NCBI GenBank assembly: GCA_033763455.1
Contig: JANRKO010000033.1
Location: 96,001 to 160,000 of the forward strand
Direction of reading: 5' to 3'
Length of the DNA: 64,000 bases
From: Polyangiaceae bacterium
GTDB taxonomy: Bacteria; Myxococcota_A; Polyangia; Polyangiales; Polyangiaceae
The translations under genes and the position numbers were made by a program. Positions within the stretch are counted from its first letter, which is position 1. Every line of letters begins with the position of its first letter. Positions 35,947 through 46,106 of the stretch are shown one piece after another. The notes beneath the pieces were generated by a model that worked only from the letters and a program-made list of their open reading frames with translations, searched no databases and was not told the DNA's origin.

Positions 35947-37259
35947 ATCGGCTCTCGCCACCAAACGTCGGCAAGTTCGAAACGCTCCAGGTTTACAAAT
36001 CGGGCATCGCAGGCGCCGCGAAGCTTAAGCTCCCCCACCACCCCTAAGGGAAGCGTGAGCGCCACCTCGCGCGCCGCATTTACCTTCAACTTGGGTGGAT
36101 GCAGAGCAAGCTTCGGATTTTGTGCGGCAAGCAGAGTCACGAGCATATGCTCACCTTTGGAGCCCAAGGCCCTCACAAACTCCAGGCTTAGCGCCGGTTC
36201 CCGCGTGGCACTGGCCCGCTCGATCTCCGTTTTGGACACACGCTTCACGAGAAGCTCGTGACCTGGTTGGCTCAACGTACCAGCCATAACCTGTGCCGCT
36301 TCCACCAATTGAGAGCATGCCGTATCCACCAAGAGCGTCGTCGGGGGGCCTCCCCAAAATCCTCGCGCAGCGCGCGGCGGCTCCCCCACAATGCCAACGT
36401 GGCCAAGCTTGGTGAGATCTGTTCCATCCAAGAGCGCCTGCAGAACTCCCGGCGCGCCCCAACGGCCCAGCCCCGCATGGCTTCGCAAGACTACCCAACC
36501 GAGCGAACCCGCTGAGAACGGGATCGCGCCGGCTCGCGGCCGATAGAGTCCTTTGCCAAACCAACCAACCGCCGAATCTCCCGCCTCAAAGGCAGAGAGC
36601 GCGTCGCCCAAAGAGTCAGCCCGCTCAACAACGATCGAATCTAGGTAAGCAGGGCCGCGAGGGGCTGAAAGATTGCGCGACAGCACCAATCGTCGTCCCG
36701 CGATTTCCGCAGTAAACGCCCCTAGTCCTCGATGTTTTTTTGGCGAAAAATTGGCCTCCGTCATACGTGATGCCGCGCAAGCCAAAATGTCGGCTACTTG
36801 ATCAGGGGCAGGAGTCCGGATCAGAAGCGTGCGCTCTGCCGCAGGATCCACGCTAAGGTCTTGCCACTCCGCAAACAACCCCATCGCCGGTCCACGCCGC
36901 GCACGCTCCAACGATTGCAGCGCGTGAACTGCGAGAAATTTGGCACCGTTAGCCGCACGCAACCCGGGTCGAAGCGTCACACGAGCCAAGCCCTGCTCCA
37001 CTTTCGGCAAGGCCTCGGTTAAAGTTGGAAATAGAGTCGCTCCGTTTCGGGCATACAGAGTTTCTGTGACAAACGGCAGAAAAGCCGCGGACAACGGATC
37101 TCCTAAGGCGTCAGGATCAAGCGCCTCAATGGCCCACGGCACGCGAATCTTCAGCACCCCACCAAACGGATTGCGCTCCAGCGCCCGGCTCTCAGAGACG
37201 GATGAAAGCAAGAGGGCCCCACTCACAACGCCGAGCTGTCGCCGCGAAATCCCGTTCAT
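35943..37259 (-). CDS. Tat-exported, family-5 solute-binding-like protein
   Basis: ISRRQLG Tat signal; ALDP..ETLY..P.L..LP..VTLRPGLR resembles the OppA/DppA N-terminus; GPAYLDSI. Confidence 0.55.
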   Translation of the reverse strand: MNGISRRQLGVVSGALLLSSVSESRALERNPFGGVLKIRVPWAIEALDPDALGDPLSAAFLPFVTETLYARNGATLFPTLTEALPKVEQGLARVTLRPGLRAANGAKFLAVHALQSLERARRGPAMGLFAEWQDLSVDPAAERTLLIRTPAPDQVADILACAASRMTEANFSPKKHRGLGAFTAEIAGRRLVLSRNLSAPRGPAYLDSIVVERADSLGDALSAFEAGDSAVGWFGKGLYRPRAGAIPFSAGSLGWVVLRSHAGLGRWGAPGVLQALLDGTDLTKLGHVGIVGEPPRAARGFWGGPPTTLLVDTACSQLVEAAQVMAGTLSQPGHELLVKRVSKTEIERASATREPALSLEFVRALGSKGEHMLVTLLAAQNPKLALHPPKLKVNAAREVALTLPLGVVGELKLRGACDARFVNLERFELADVWWREPI

Positions 37260-38707
37260 CGAAACACCAACAAGCGCGACTTCGACAAGACCAAAACTGG
37301 GCTAGATGGCCCGCCAAGCCAAGGACAGACCGCCACCGCAACGACTCCGTCCTCGACCGGAAAGCGTAGCCGTGGGGCGGAAAGGTTATCCAGCCATCGC
37401 ACTTCGAGAGCATCCTCTTTTGGCGAAAACGTAGGGAGTGAATTCAGAAATTCGGGAGCACCGTCTCCGTCAAGATCCCCGAGAGCAAGGCTGCTTCCAA
37501 CGCCAGCAACCTGTAGTGGCGCATCTTGAACACCAAACAGTAGCGCCACCCCGGCTCCCCAATTGCGAACGGCACCGAACACTTTTCGCTTCCCCTCCGC
37601 GGTTATCAGGTGTGCGCCGGCCACCGCATCTACAACGCCACTCAATTCGAAGCCCCGTGTGCTTGCCTTGGTGGCCGAAGGGCATCCTGTGGATAGCCCG
37701 CCCAAGCCGAGGCCCGTTCGTTCCAAACACCCGATAGAAGGCCAGGGCAACCGCCCCTCCCAACGAGCCATGCTGTCGTCGGAAAGGGAGAGTCGTAACA
37801 TGAAGCGGCGATCAGTCAGCCCAGCATGCACGCTCCCATCGGGGGCGAAATCAACACTCGCCAACGGTTCTCGCAGGGGTACCGGCGCCACCTCTGAGAG
37901 CTTCGCCCAAGGCCAGCGCTTTTTCGTAGCGAGCTTTCCCCCCGACAATTCCTCGACCCAAACGCTTTGACGGCCGACGAATGCAATCCGCACACCGTCT
38001 CGTTTCTCATTATACTCACAGGCTAACGCTATGGGAGGCTCGGGCCCCAAGGGGAAGGACTCCGCGAGCTTGATTGATGCCGGTCTTGACGCAGAAGGAA
38101 GCAGCGTTCGCACGCTCGGATCACTTGAAGCACTTGCAACAAACACCTGAATGGCTGCAGTTTGGTTACGAATGCGGTCCCAGAACCCTCCGCGTTCCGC
38201 CGAAAACACTGAAACCCTAACGTTGAGCGTGCCGAAGTTGAGGCTCAATTCAAGATGGACCTGCTGGCCCTCATGCGTGCGTTTTGCCACCTCGCCCTTG
38301 GCTTGGGGCCCAGGATATTCGACCACCTGAATATTCGGGTCGCTGCCAAGCGGCCACAACACGGAACCCAGCGAATGCACGTGAGGCTTGCCACGGAGCT
38401 TCTGCGCCAGCGCGGCCTGTAGTTTTGCAGACACCGCATGAAGCTGACTTGCCCCCGTCGTATCCCCATAACTCACAGCAACCTTCCGTGCTCTCGGCAA
38501 CTGCGCCGCGATCTGGCACGCGAGGAGATCTATCGCGGTGTTGGGAGTGCAGCGTGCTGCCAGCGCTGCTGGCGTTTCGTCTGTAGGCGTTCTTTCCTCG
38601 GCGGCCGAAACATGCCCGACCAAAAACAGGGCGGCACCTGAAATCCAAGCGGTCAGCGCTCTCCAACCCAACACACTCTCTCCGTAGCGCCAAATCCTCG
38701 GGGCCAA
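37256..38707 (-). CDS. Hypothetical secreted protein with an FG-GAP-like motif
   Basis: Signal-like N-terminus; LALGDLDGDGAPE motif; overlaps the next gene by 4 nt; start uncertain. Confidence 0.55.
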   Translation of the reverse strand: MAPRIWRYGESVLGWRALTAWISGAALFLVGHVSAAEERTPTDETPAALAARCTPNTAIDLLACQIAAQLPRARKVAVSYGDTTGASQLHAVSAKLQAALAQKLRGKPHVHSLGSVLWPLGSDPNIQVVEYPGPQAKGEVAKRTHEGQQVHLELSLNFGTLNVRVSVFSAERGGFWDRIRNQTAAIQVFVASASSDPSVRTLLPSASRPASIKLAESFPLGPEPPIALACEYNEKRDGVRIAFVGRQSVWVEELSGGKLATKKRWPWAKLSEVAPVPLREPLASVDFAPDGSVHAGLTDRRFMLRLSLSDDSMARWEGRLPWPSIGCLERTGLGLGGLSTGCPSATKASTRGFELSGVVDAVAGAHLITAEGKRKVFGAVRNWGAGVALLFGVQDAPLQVAGVGSSLALGDLDGDGAPEFLNSLPTFSPKEDALEVRWLDNLSAPRLRFPVEDGVVAVAVCPWLGGPSSPVLVLSKSRLLVFR

Positions 38708-38775
38708 AAGCCTGAGCCGCAGATCGCCATTTTCGGATTGCCGCTCCGGCCTCCCTCAAATATGCTGCGCCCCCC

Positions 38776-39528
38776 ATGAAAACCCTCGTTTTACTGCGTC
38801 ACGGTCAAAGCCAATGGAACCTCGATAATCGCTTCACCGGTTGGGTGGATGTTCCGCTCAGTGATGTGGGTGTGGAGGAGGCACGGGCCGCCGGGCAACT
38901 CCTGAAGAAGGAGGGTTTTCAATTTGACGTCGCGTTCACCTCCGTTCTCAAGCGCGCTATCAAGACGCTTTGGCTCACGCTCGAAGAAACCGACCAGATG
39001 TGGATCCCAGTTCATCGCAGCTGGCGCATCAACGAACGCATGTACGGAGCGCTTCAAGGCCTCGACAAAGGCGAGACGGCACGCATCCACGGTGAAGAGC
39101 AAGTCAAGATTTGGCGTCGCAGTTACGACATTCCGCCGCCCGCGATGACGGACGACAACGAGTTCTTTCCAGGCAAAGATCGCCGTTATGCCCAGCTCAA
39201 AGGGGAACTCCCCCGCACCGAGTCGCTGAAAGATACGGTGGCGCGTTTCCTTCCGTTTTGGGAGGGCTCCATTGCACCGGCGCTGCGTGAAGGCCAACGT
39301 GTGGTGATCGCCGCTCACGGCAACAGCTTGCGCGCGCTCGTGAAGCATCTGGATAACGTGAGCGAGAAGGAAATTCTAGAGCTCAATATCCCGACGGCAG
39401 AGCCGCTCTTGTACGAGCTGGACGACAATTTGAAGCCTATTGTGCGCGGTGGCCGTTACCTGAACGAAGCCGCTGCCAAAGAGAAAGCCGCTGCAGTTGC
39501 CGCTCAAGGGTCTATCAAGAAGGCCTAA
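38776..39528 (+). CDS. gpmA: 2,3-bisphosphoglycerate-dependent phosphoglycerate mutase
   Basis: [46 protein letters not shown]. Confidence 0.97.
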   Translation: MKTLVLLRHGQSQWNLDNRFTGWVDVPLSDVGVEEARAAGQLLKKEGFQFDVAFTSVLKRAIKTLWLTLEETDQMWIPVHRSWRINERMYGALQGLDKGETARIHGEEQVKIWRRSYDIPPPAMTDDNEFFPGKDRRYAQLKGELPRTESLKDTVARFLPFWEGSIAPALREGQRVVIAAHGNSLRALVKHLDNVSEKEILELNIPTAEPLLYELDDNLKPIVRGGRYLNEAAAKEKAAAVAAQGSIKKA

Positions 39529-39583
39529 AAGCGCGTGACGTATTGAAGGGTACAAGGCCCTAAAAGCGCGTAACGTATTGAAG
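39524..39583. repeat. 25-bp direct repeat (1 mismatch) at the gpmA / TPR-gene convergent junction
   Basis: cctaaaagcgcgtgacgtattgaag (39524-39548) and cctaaaagcgcgtaacgtattgaag (39559-39583). Confidence 0.85.
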
Positions 39584-40390
39584 CTTGCGCTCGATAGGAT
39601 CAAAGGTGAGCGCTTGGGCCTGCCCGTCGGGGCTGCGGCTTAGCCACAGAACCATTCCGGTTCCCGTGGCGACCAGCGCCCCGCCTCCAAGGATGAGCGT
39701 GCGAGCGTCCAGCTTGTGGGAAGTCACTGCGCTCATCGTGGTAGCACCGCCCAGCGCAAGCCCGACGCCAAAGGAGATGTGCATAGCTGTAGAAGAGCTA
39801 CCCTCCCGAGCCGGGCTTGCAGCGGATGAGCTGGACATTTCCTCCAACAACACCAGTTCTCGCTTCTCCCCCGCTCGCAGGCGCAAGCGACGTGCTACCG
39901 GCGACATTCCCTCTCGCTCTACGCTCACACTCGCAGTGCCAGGAGCGGCGTAAAATACACCCCGTGCATTAGAAGCGCGACCATTGACGCGCAGTGTGGC
40001 CTCCGGAACCATCGAGGAATCGAGCCTAATTTCGGCAGCGTTTCGCAGCGCCAGAGCTAGCTGCTCTTCGCAGCGCTGCTTCAGCGTGGCATCAGTTCGC
40101 TCGTCGGCACGCACCTGCCGAAGATGGAAGATCCCCGCATCGTAGTCCTTCAAAGCCACCTCGGAGAGCGCGAGGTTAAACAAGATCACCGGGTGAGCAC
40201 GCAGCTTGAGCGAGCGCCGAAAGAGTTTACTCGCCTCTCCCCACCGCTTGTTCTCAAAAGCCTGAACACCAGCCTCAAACGCAAGCCTACCGCACTCGGT
40301 AGCACCCAGCTCACAGGAAGCTTCGGCAGCTCGGGTTGGAAGTGCCCAGAGCGAAAACGCCAATCCCGAAACCAAAGCCCAGCAGCGCAT
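39560..40390 (-). CDS. Secreted TPR + PEGA-like protein
   Basis: Signal peptide; TPR-like FEAGVQAFENKRWGEASKLFRRS..ILFNLALSE; PEGA-like ATLRVNG..PGTASVSVEREG; C-terminal hydrophobic helices; 3 nt downstream of the kinase. Confidence 0.65.
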   Translation of the reverse strand: MRCWALVSGLAFSLWALPTRAAEASCELGATECGRLAFEAGVQAFENKRWGEASKLFRRSLKLRAHPVILFNLALSEVALKDYDAGIFHLRQVRADERTDATLKQRCEEQLALALRNAAEIRLDSSMVPEATLRVNGRASNARGVFYAAPGTASVSVEREGMSPVARRLRLRAGEKRELVLLEEMSSSSAASPAREGSSSTAMHISFGVGLALGGATTMSAVTSHKLDARTLILGGGALVATGTGMVLWLSRSPDGQAQALTFDPIERKLQYVTRF

Positions 40391-40393
40391 TTT

Positions 40394-41767
40394 TCAAAAA
40401 GGATAACTCTTCACGAGGGGAGAGCGTTTTGGAGGGGACGCCTTTTCCAACTGACCCGGGCTTCCAGCGGCGCCCTCGCGGCGCCCAGCACGGCCCAAGT
40501 CGCTCGAAGCTGTGGTTGACGGAGCAGGAACCGGACCGGGCGTGGGTGGCGCGGCTGCCGAACCGAGCGAAGCACCTTGAGGTTCGCCGGCAGAGTGTCC
40601 GAGGTCGCCCACAAATCTGTCAAATGCCACGTAGGCGCCGAGCGCTAACAGCGCTGCCACGAGAGCGAAAGTGCGATATTTGGCGGACGTAGGAGCAGGA
40701 AGCACAGTGGTGTTCGACGCCACGCTAAACGTCGAATCCGTTTCCTCCTTGAAGCTTCCGGACTGACCTTGCTTGAGCAATGCCGTTGCAGTCTCTTGCT
40801 CGGAGCGCTCCTCACGGAATTGCTCGTTCATGATCGCAGCGAGCTGCTCGGCCACCGGCGTGGTTACCATGGTTGCAACGTATGCATCGAGTGCCTCGGC
40901 CATTTCCTTGGCTGACTGAAAGCGCTTTTCCGGTGCGCCCTCAAGCGCGCGCAACACGATCTTCCGCAAGCCTTCTGGAAAATCTGCAACGCGCTCACGC
41001 GGATCTGGAATATCCCCCATCACAATCTTGTGCAGGGCTTCTACCCTATCGAGATCAGGGAATAGCCGTGCACCCACGGCGGCCTCGTAGAGAGTTACAC
41101 CCAACGAGAAGATATCCGCTCGATGATCGTAGTCACGAGAAAGCGCCTGCTCCGGCGCCATGTACGCGAATTTACCCTTAACTTGCCCAAGATCCGTTTG
41201 CTGAAGCCGACCTTCAGCTCGCGCAATACCGAAATCTATAATCTTAACGTTCCCTGAGTAAGTGACGAAAATGTTCTGCGGGCTCACGTCGCGATGCACC
41301 ACATGGGCTGGGTCCCCGTGCTCATCCAGCAACTGATGCGCCTCGTGCAACCCTTCCAACGCCCGAGCTGCAATCCAGGCGACCACAGGATACGGAAGGC
41401 GGTCCCCACGCTGGCGGATCCGCGATACCAAGCGGGAGAGCGGCTGCCCGTGCAAATACTCCATGGCCAGCACGAGGCGGCTCTCTTCCTGCAGAAGATC
41501 GTACACGTGCACGACATTTGGATGATTGAGGCGAACAGCGAGGTTCGCTTCGTCCACGAACATATCTACAAAGGCCTTCTCTCCCAAGAGGTGTTCGTGA
41601 ATTACCTTGAGGGCCACGAGCCTTCCGAAACTATGCGGCCCCGTGCTCACCGCCAAATACACCGAAGCGGTGCCACCCGAGCCGAGGCGCCCACCTACCC
41701 GGTAGCGGCCGAGGCGCGCTCCCGTGAGGGGTCCTTTATGCTCAGGTATGCCGGTTGCGAGCCCCAT
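40394..41767 (-). CDS. Hanks-type Ser/Thr protein kinase with TM helix
   Basis: LGSGGTASVY, VALK, HRDVSPQN, DFGIA, GKFAYMAPEQ; start 41767 or 41779. Confidence 0.93.
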   Translation of the reverse strand: MGLATGIPEHKGPLTGARLGRYRVGGRLGSGGTASVYLAVSTGPHSFGRLVALKVIHEHLLGEKAFVDMFVDEANLAVRLNHPNVVHVYDLLQEESRLVLAMEYLHGQPLSRLVSRIRQRGDRLPYPVVAWIAARALEGLHEAHQLLDEHGDPAHVVHRDVSPQNIFVTYSGNVKIIDFGIARAEGRLQQTDLGQVKGKFAYMAPEQALSRDYDHRADIFSLGVTLYEAAVGARLFPDLDRVEALHKIVMGDIPDPRERVADFPEGLRKIVLRALEGAPEKRFQSAKEMAEALDAYVATMVTTPVAEQLAAIMNEQFREERSEQETATALLKQGQSGSFKEETDSTFSVASNTTVLPAPTSAKYRTFALVAALLALGAYVAFDRFVGDLGHSAGEPQGASLGSAAAPPTPGPVPAPSTTASSDLGRAGRREGAAGSPGQLEKASPPKRSPLVKSYPF

Positions 41768-41875
41768 TGATCTTGCCAAGGTAACACGCGTAAACGTACG
41801 CGCTCAGATGCCGCTCACCCAAACGAGCTATTTGCACCCAACGGCCCACGAATTGCCGGGAAATGAAGGCTATTT

Positions 41876-43033
41876 TTGACCCGGAACGTCCGATCAGTTG
41901 TGTTGCCAGTGGTGCTCGAGCGCTCCCTCAGCCAGGGGCACCCGTGGGTGTACCGCGAACATGTGCCGCCAGGCTTTCAGGCCGAGGCCGGAGCGTGGGT
42001 GCAGGTAACCTGTGGTGCATTTCAGGGATTTGGCTTGTGGGAGCCCACATCGGCCATCGCACTGCGCATCTATTCGCGGAAGGAGTGCCCGGATGCCGGC
42101 TTCTTCCAACGTACAGTAGCGCGCGCATGGGAGCACCGTGCCTCGGTACGCAGCAGCGAGACCGATGCCTTTCGCCTTCTGAACGGCGAAGGGGATGGAG
42201 TGCCCGGGATCATCGCTGATGTCTATGGGCCGTTCTGCGTGCTCGTTGCCTACTCTCCCGCGTGCGAAGAGCTCTTGCCTGAAGTGGCGCGCGCCATCGG
42301 GAAAGTCCATCGCTTCAAGGGCATCGTGGGCCGCAGCGCACAAGAGCCCGATCTGCGGGCGCTCGTGGGAGATCTGCCGCCCGACGCCTTCCCGGTTCGA
42401 GAGCACGGCTTAAAGCACCGTGTGCATCTGCATACAGCGCAGAAGACCGGGCTTTTCCTCGACCATCGCGAGAATCGCGTGTGGCTCGGTGAACGGGCGC
42501 GGGGGCGCTCCGTGCTCAACCTCTTTTCGTACACGGGTGCATTCAGCTTGCACGCCCTGAAGGGTGGCGCATCAACCGTCACGAGCGTGGATCAATCGGC
42601 GCCAGCTTGCGAAGCCGCACGCGAGAATTTTCTCCTCAACGGCTTCGACCCCGCAACAAGCCCTATTGTGGCCCAGGATGCCAACACATTCTTGACCGCC
42701 TGCAAGACCGAGTTTGACATTGTGGTGAGCGATCCGCCGAGCTTCGCCCGCGAGAAGAAGCAACGCGCTCTAGCCCTCCGTGCGTACACACGCCTGCACA
42801 CGCTCGCGCTTAGCCGAGTGAAGGCAGGTGGCCTATTTTGCGCTGCCAGCTGCACAGCGCAAGTAAGCGAAGATGCGTTTACAGAAACGCTCGCCGAAGC
42901 GGGCGCACATCTAAAGCTTGGCCTTCAGATCATTCATCGCGGCACCCAAGCCACCGACCACCCCTGGCAGGTGGGGCACCCGGAAGGCCGATACCTGAAG
43001 TTTCTGGCCTTGCGGGTCACCCGGCACGCTTGA
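41876..43033 (+). CDS. rlmI: RlmI/RlmK-like class I SAM-dependent rRNA methyltransferase
   Basis: GHPWVY, EGDGVPG, QKTGLFLDHRENR, LNLFSYTGAFS, DPPSF, EGRYLK. Confidence 0.8.
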   Translation: MTRNVRSVVLPVVLERSLSQGHPWVYREHVPPGFQAEAGAWVQVTCGAFQGFGLWEPTSAIALRIYSRKECPDAGFFQRTVARAWEHRASVRSSETDAFRLLNGEGDGVPGIIADVYGPFCVLVAYSPACEELLPEVARAIGKVHRFKGIVGRSAQEPDLRALVGDLPPDAFPVREHGLKHRVHLHTAQKTGLFLDHRENRVWLGERARGRSVLNLFSYTGAFSLHALKGGASTVTSVDQSAPACEAARENFLLNGFDPATSPIVAQDANTFLTACKTEFDIVVSDPPSFAREKKQRALALRAYTRLHTLALSRVKAGGLFCAASCTAQVSEDAFTETLAEAGAHLKLGLQIIHRGTQATDHPWQVGHPEGRYLKFLALRVTRHA

Positions 43034-43093
43034 GCGCACCACGCGAAAGCCCTACGCGTCACCCAGCACGCTTGAGCGCACCACGCGAAAGCC
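43016..43093. repeat. 36-bp direct repeat (1 mismatch, 42-bp period) at the rlmI / ABC-F convergent junction
   Basis: gtcacccggcacgcttgagcgcaccacgcgaaagcc (43016-43051) and gtcacccagcacgcttgagcgcaccacgcgaaagcc (43058-43093). Confidence 0.9.
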
Positions 43094-44681
43094 GTTCCAA
43101 CCGCCCGGGATTGGTGAGGTAGTCGCCGTAGGTCATGCCAAGATCGTAGTACTCTTCGGGGCCAAGCTCCAAGACGCGCGTGGCCAAGGAATCCATGAAC
43201 TGTACGTCGTGCGAAGTGAACAACATGGTGCCATCTAACTTTATCAGCCCATTATTCAGGGCCGTGATGGACTCAAGATCCAGGTGGTTCGTGGGGCCGT
43301 CGAACATCAAGAGATTCGGATCTTGCAGCATCATGCGCGACAACATACAGCGCACTTTTTCGCCGCCGGAAAGCACCCGAGCGCTCTTCTTTACGTCATC
43401 GCCGCTGAACAGCATGCGCCCAAGAAAGCCGCGCACGAAGCTTTCCTCTTGCTCTTTGGTATATTGCTTCAACCAGTTGATAAGATTGAGATCGGTATCG
43501 AAATATTTGGCGTTGTCCTTGGGGAAGTAGCCCACATTCACGGTGCGACCCCAGGTGACCTCGCCGGCGTCCGGTTGCATCTCTCCGCCCAAGATCTCGA
43601 ACAGTGCCGTCACCGCGCGATCGTCCCCGACGATCGCCACCCGATCACCCTTACCTACGCTCAAGCGCAGGTTCTTAAAAAGGAGTTGGCCATCAATGGT
43701 TTTGGTTAGCCCATTGATCGACAGCACTTCGCGGCCCAACTCTTTGGTAGGCTTAAACTCAATGTAGGGATACTTGCGCGAAGAAGGACGAATATCATCC
43801 AGCTCGATCTTCTCCAGCTGCGCACGACGCGAGGTGGCCTGGCTCGATTTCGACGCATTGGCACTGAAGCGCTGAATGAAGGCCTTAAGCTCCTTCATCT
43901 TATCTTCCTTCTTGCGATTAGATTCCTGGCGCTGCTTCAATGCGAGCTGGCTGCTTTCGTACCAAAAACTGTAATTCCCTGTGTAAATCTGGATCTTCTG
44001 GAAATCCACATCGGCCACGTGGCTACAAACGCGATCAAGGAAGTGGCGATCATGCGAGACCACGATCACTGTGTTCTTGAAGTTCGCTAAGAAATCTTCC
44101 AACCACAGAATGGAATCGACGTCTAAGTGATTCGTTGGCTCATCTAAAAGCAAGATATCTGGGTTACCGAACAGAGCTTGGGCCAAAAGCACGCGTACTT
44201 TTTCGTCATCTGCCAGCTCCTTCACGAGCTTGTTTTGTCGATCGGGGCCGATCCCCAAAGAGCCCAACAATTGAGCAGCATTGGCCTCCGCATTCCAACC
44301 ATCCAGATCGGAAAAGTCGCTCTCCAGAACTGCCGCTTTGATCCCGTCTTCATCATTGAAGTCGGGCTTGGCGTAAATGGCGTCCTTCTCCTTCATGATT
44401 TGGTAGAGGCGCTCGTGTCCGCGAATCACCGTTTCCAGCGCCGGGGTTTCGTCGAAGGCGAAGTGATTTTGCCGCAACGTACTGAGCCGTAGGCCAGCCG
44501 GCACGGTCACCGAGCCCGAGGTCGGCTCCTGTTCGCCGGAGAGGCAGCGCAGAAAGGTGGATTTACCCGCCCCATTGGCGCCGATGAGCCCATAGCAATT
44601 CCCCGGGAGGAACCGGATATCTACATTCTCGAATAGGGTTTTACCCCCGAAACTCAGGGTCAGTTGTTCGGTCGAAATCAT
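43059..44681 (-). CDS. ABC-F family ATPase (YbiT/YkpA-like)
   Basis: GANGAGKST, LLDEPTNHLD, VSHDRHFL; second NBD with LSGGEKVR; no TM segments. Confidence 0.9.
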   Translation of the reverse strand: MISTEQLTLSFGGKTLFENVDIRFLPGNCYGLIGANGAGKSTFLRCLSGEQEPTSGSVTVPAGLRLSTLRQNHFAFDETPALETVIRGHERLYQIMKEKDAIYAKPDFNDEDGIKAAVLESDFSDLDGWNAEANAAQLLGSLGIGPDRQNKLVKELADDEKVRVLLAQALFGNPDILLLDEPTNHLDVDSILWLEDFLANFKNTVIVVSHDRHFLDRVCSHVADVDFQKIQIYTGNYSFWYESSQLALKQRQESNRKKEDKMKELKAFIQRFSANASKSSQATSRRAQLEKIELDDIRPSSRKYPYIEFKPTKELGREVLSINGLTKTIDGQLLFKNLRLSVGKGDRVAIVGDDRAVTALFEILGGEMQPDAGEVTWGRTVNVGYFPKDNAKYFDTDLNLINWLKQYTKEQEESFVRGFLGRMLFSGDDVKKSARVLSGGEKVRCMLSRMMLQDPNLLMFDGPTNHLDLESITALNNGLIKLDGTMLFTSHDVQFMDSLATRVLELGPEEYYDLGMTYGDYLTNPGRLERLSRGALKRAG

Positions 44682-44801
44682 AGCAAAAAGGGGCCGCTTA
44701 CGGCGGGGCTCCTGTAGCCCCTCTTCGGCCCACGGGCAAGCGCGGGTCTATTCGAGCGAAGCTTTCGACCGAACGTGAAAGGCGCCGAACTCCAGACTGC
44801 C

Positions 44802-46106
44802 TTACGCGGAAAGGTCATTAATGCTGTAGAGCACGCGCCCGCCAGCCTTGAATGACCTGCAAGATTGGCAGGCAGCCAACTGCTGCAACAGCCGATGCGC
44901 TGTGCGACGCGGAATGCCGAGCACTTTTGAAGCCTGTTGAGCGCTGGCGCGCCCGAAGGTTCCAATTACGCGCAGCAAGCGCTGTTGAACATCCACCGCA
45001 GTGCGACCATCCGGAATCACAAAGGGTGACAACACGTGAAGCGCTAGCCGAGTGCTCCCAACACGCTCAAGCTCAGCCACCCCGGCCAGGCGGGCACGCA
45101 TCCTGTGAACCAATACGTCCAACATTCCCTGATGGCGTTTGGGAACGTAGGAAATCCCGTACATGGTTCGCACAAACTCAGCGTAGGAGATGCCCTCTTC
45201 CCCGCACAGAGCGAGCACCGCAAGCGCTGATTCCGTGCGGGTGCCGCCGGTTCCCGCTTCGTCCGGACCCGCGAGGTTGCGCGCGGTTTGGTTCAAACGT
45301 ACACCGGCCGCGAGAAAACGAACCGCGCGTTTTCCTGGAACCACGAGCACATAGCCCTCGGCATCCGTCTCAGTCTTCTCGCCCGAAATAGACTGAAGCC
45401 CAAATGGAACCTCGGCGTTGGTGCCAGCTCGCCACGCCAACACACCTGCCTCGGACGTTGCAAGTTCGGGATCGATCAACGCGGCTAATGCCTCCATTTC
45501 CCGACGAGGTGCACTCCATTCGAGCTCTACCCGTCGTGCGCGCGCCAGCGCCAACTGAAACTGCGGCCGTTCACCCTGCTTTGCGGCCTCCAACATCTCG
45601 CTAGACGCCGACACTAGGTCCGCAAAGGCCGTGGCTCCGGTGGCCACCGCTTCACTCGAAACGCTTGGAGCGCCCGCCAATAGGCACTCCCACGCTCTCC
45701 ACGCTTGCAGCTCAGAAGGCACCGGGGCGGCTACTTGGGAGAGTGCATTGAGCGCTAGATGAGAACGCCCTGAGAGGCGGTACAGGCGTACAAGACAAAT
45801 ACCAACCAGAGCACGCGTACTTGGGGAAAGCTCCGAAGCACGTCGAGTGAGTCTGCGGCTCAGCTCGGTCGCATCAGCGAACCGCGCCGCAGGAGTGCCG
45901 TCCGCCTCGACGGCACGAAGGGCCCCAAGAGCAAGCTCGTCGTCCGAGCCAGCCGGAGCTGCCTCCAGAGAAAGGGTACGGCCACTTAGCAGGGCGTGTA
46001 CCCAGCGCACGGTAGGAGACTCCAGAGGTACTGGGCTGGCTGGTGGGGCCCAGGAAGCCTGGACCGGGCGCTCGCGCGAACCGAGCTGATGAGTGTGTTC
46101 TGACAA
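44802..46106 (-). CDS. Hypothetical protein with C-terminal winged-HTH/HTH motifs (putative regulator)
   Basis: OmpR-like LDVLVHRMRARL and HTH-like SAQQASKVLGIPRRTAHRLLQQL; TTG start uncertain. Confidence 0.5.
   Translation of the reverse strand: MSEHTHQLGSRERPVQASWAPPASPVPLESPTVRWVHALLSGRTLSLEAAPAGSDDELALGALRAVEADGTPAARFADATELSRRLTRRASELSPSTRALVGICLVRLYRLSGRSHLALNALSQVAAPVPSELQAWRAWECLLAGAPSVSSEAVATGATAFADLVSASSEMLEAAKQGERPQFQLALARARRVELEWSAPRREMEALAALIDPELATSEAGVLAWRAGTNAEVPFGLQSISGEKTETDAEGYVLVVPGKRAVRFLAAGVRLNQTARNLAGPDEAGTGGTRTESALAVLALCGEEGISYAEFVRTMYGISYVPKRHQGMLDVLVHRMRARLAGVAELERVGSTRLALHVLSPFVIPDGRTAVDVQQRLLRVIGTFGRASAQQASKVLGIPRRTAHRLLQQLAACQSCRSFKAGGRVLYSINDLSA

Noticed and set aside
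43016..43093. 36-bp repeat as a mini-CRISPR
   Set aside because: Only two copies with a 6-nt gap, both overlapping coding ends, and no cas genes
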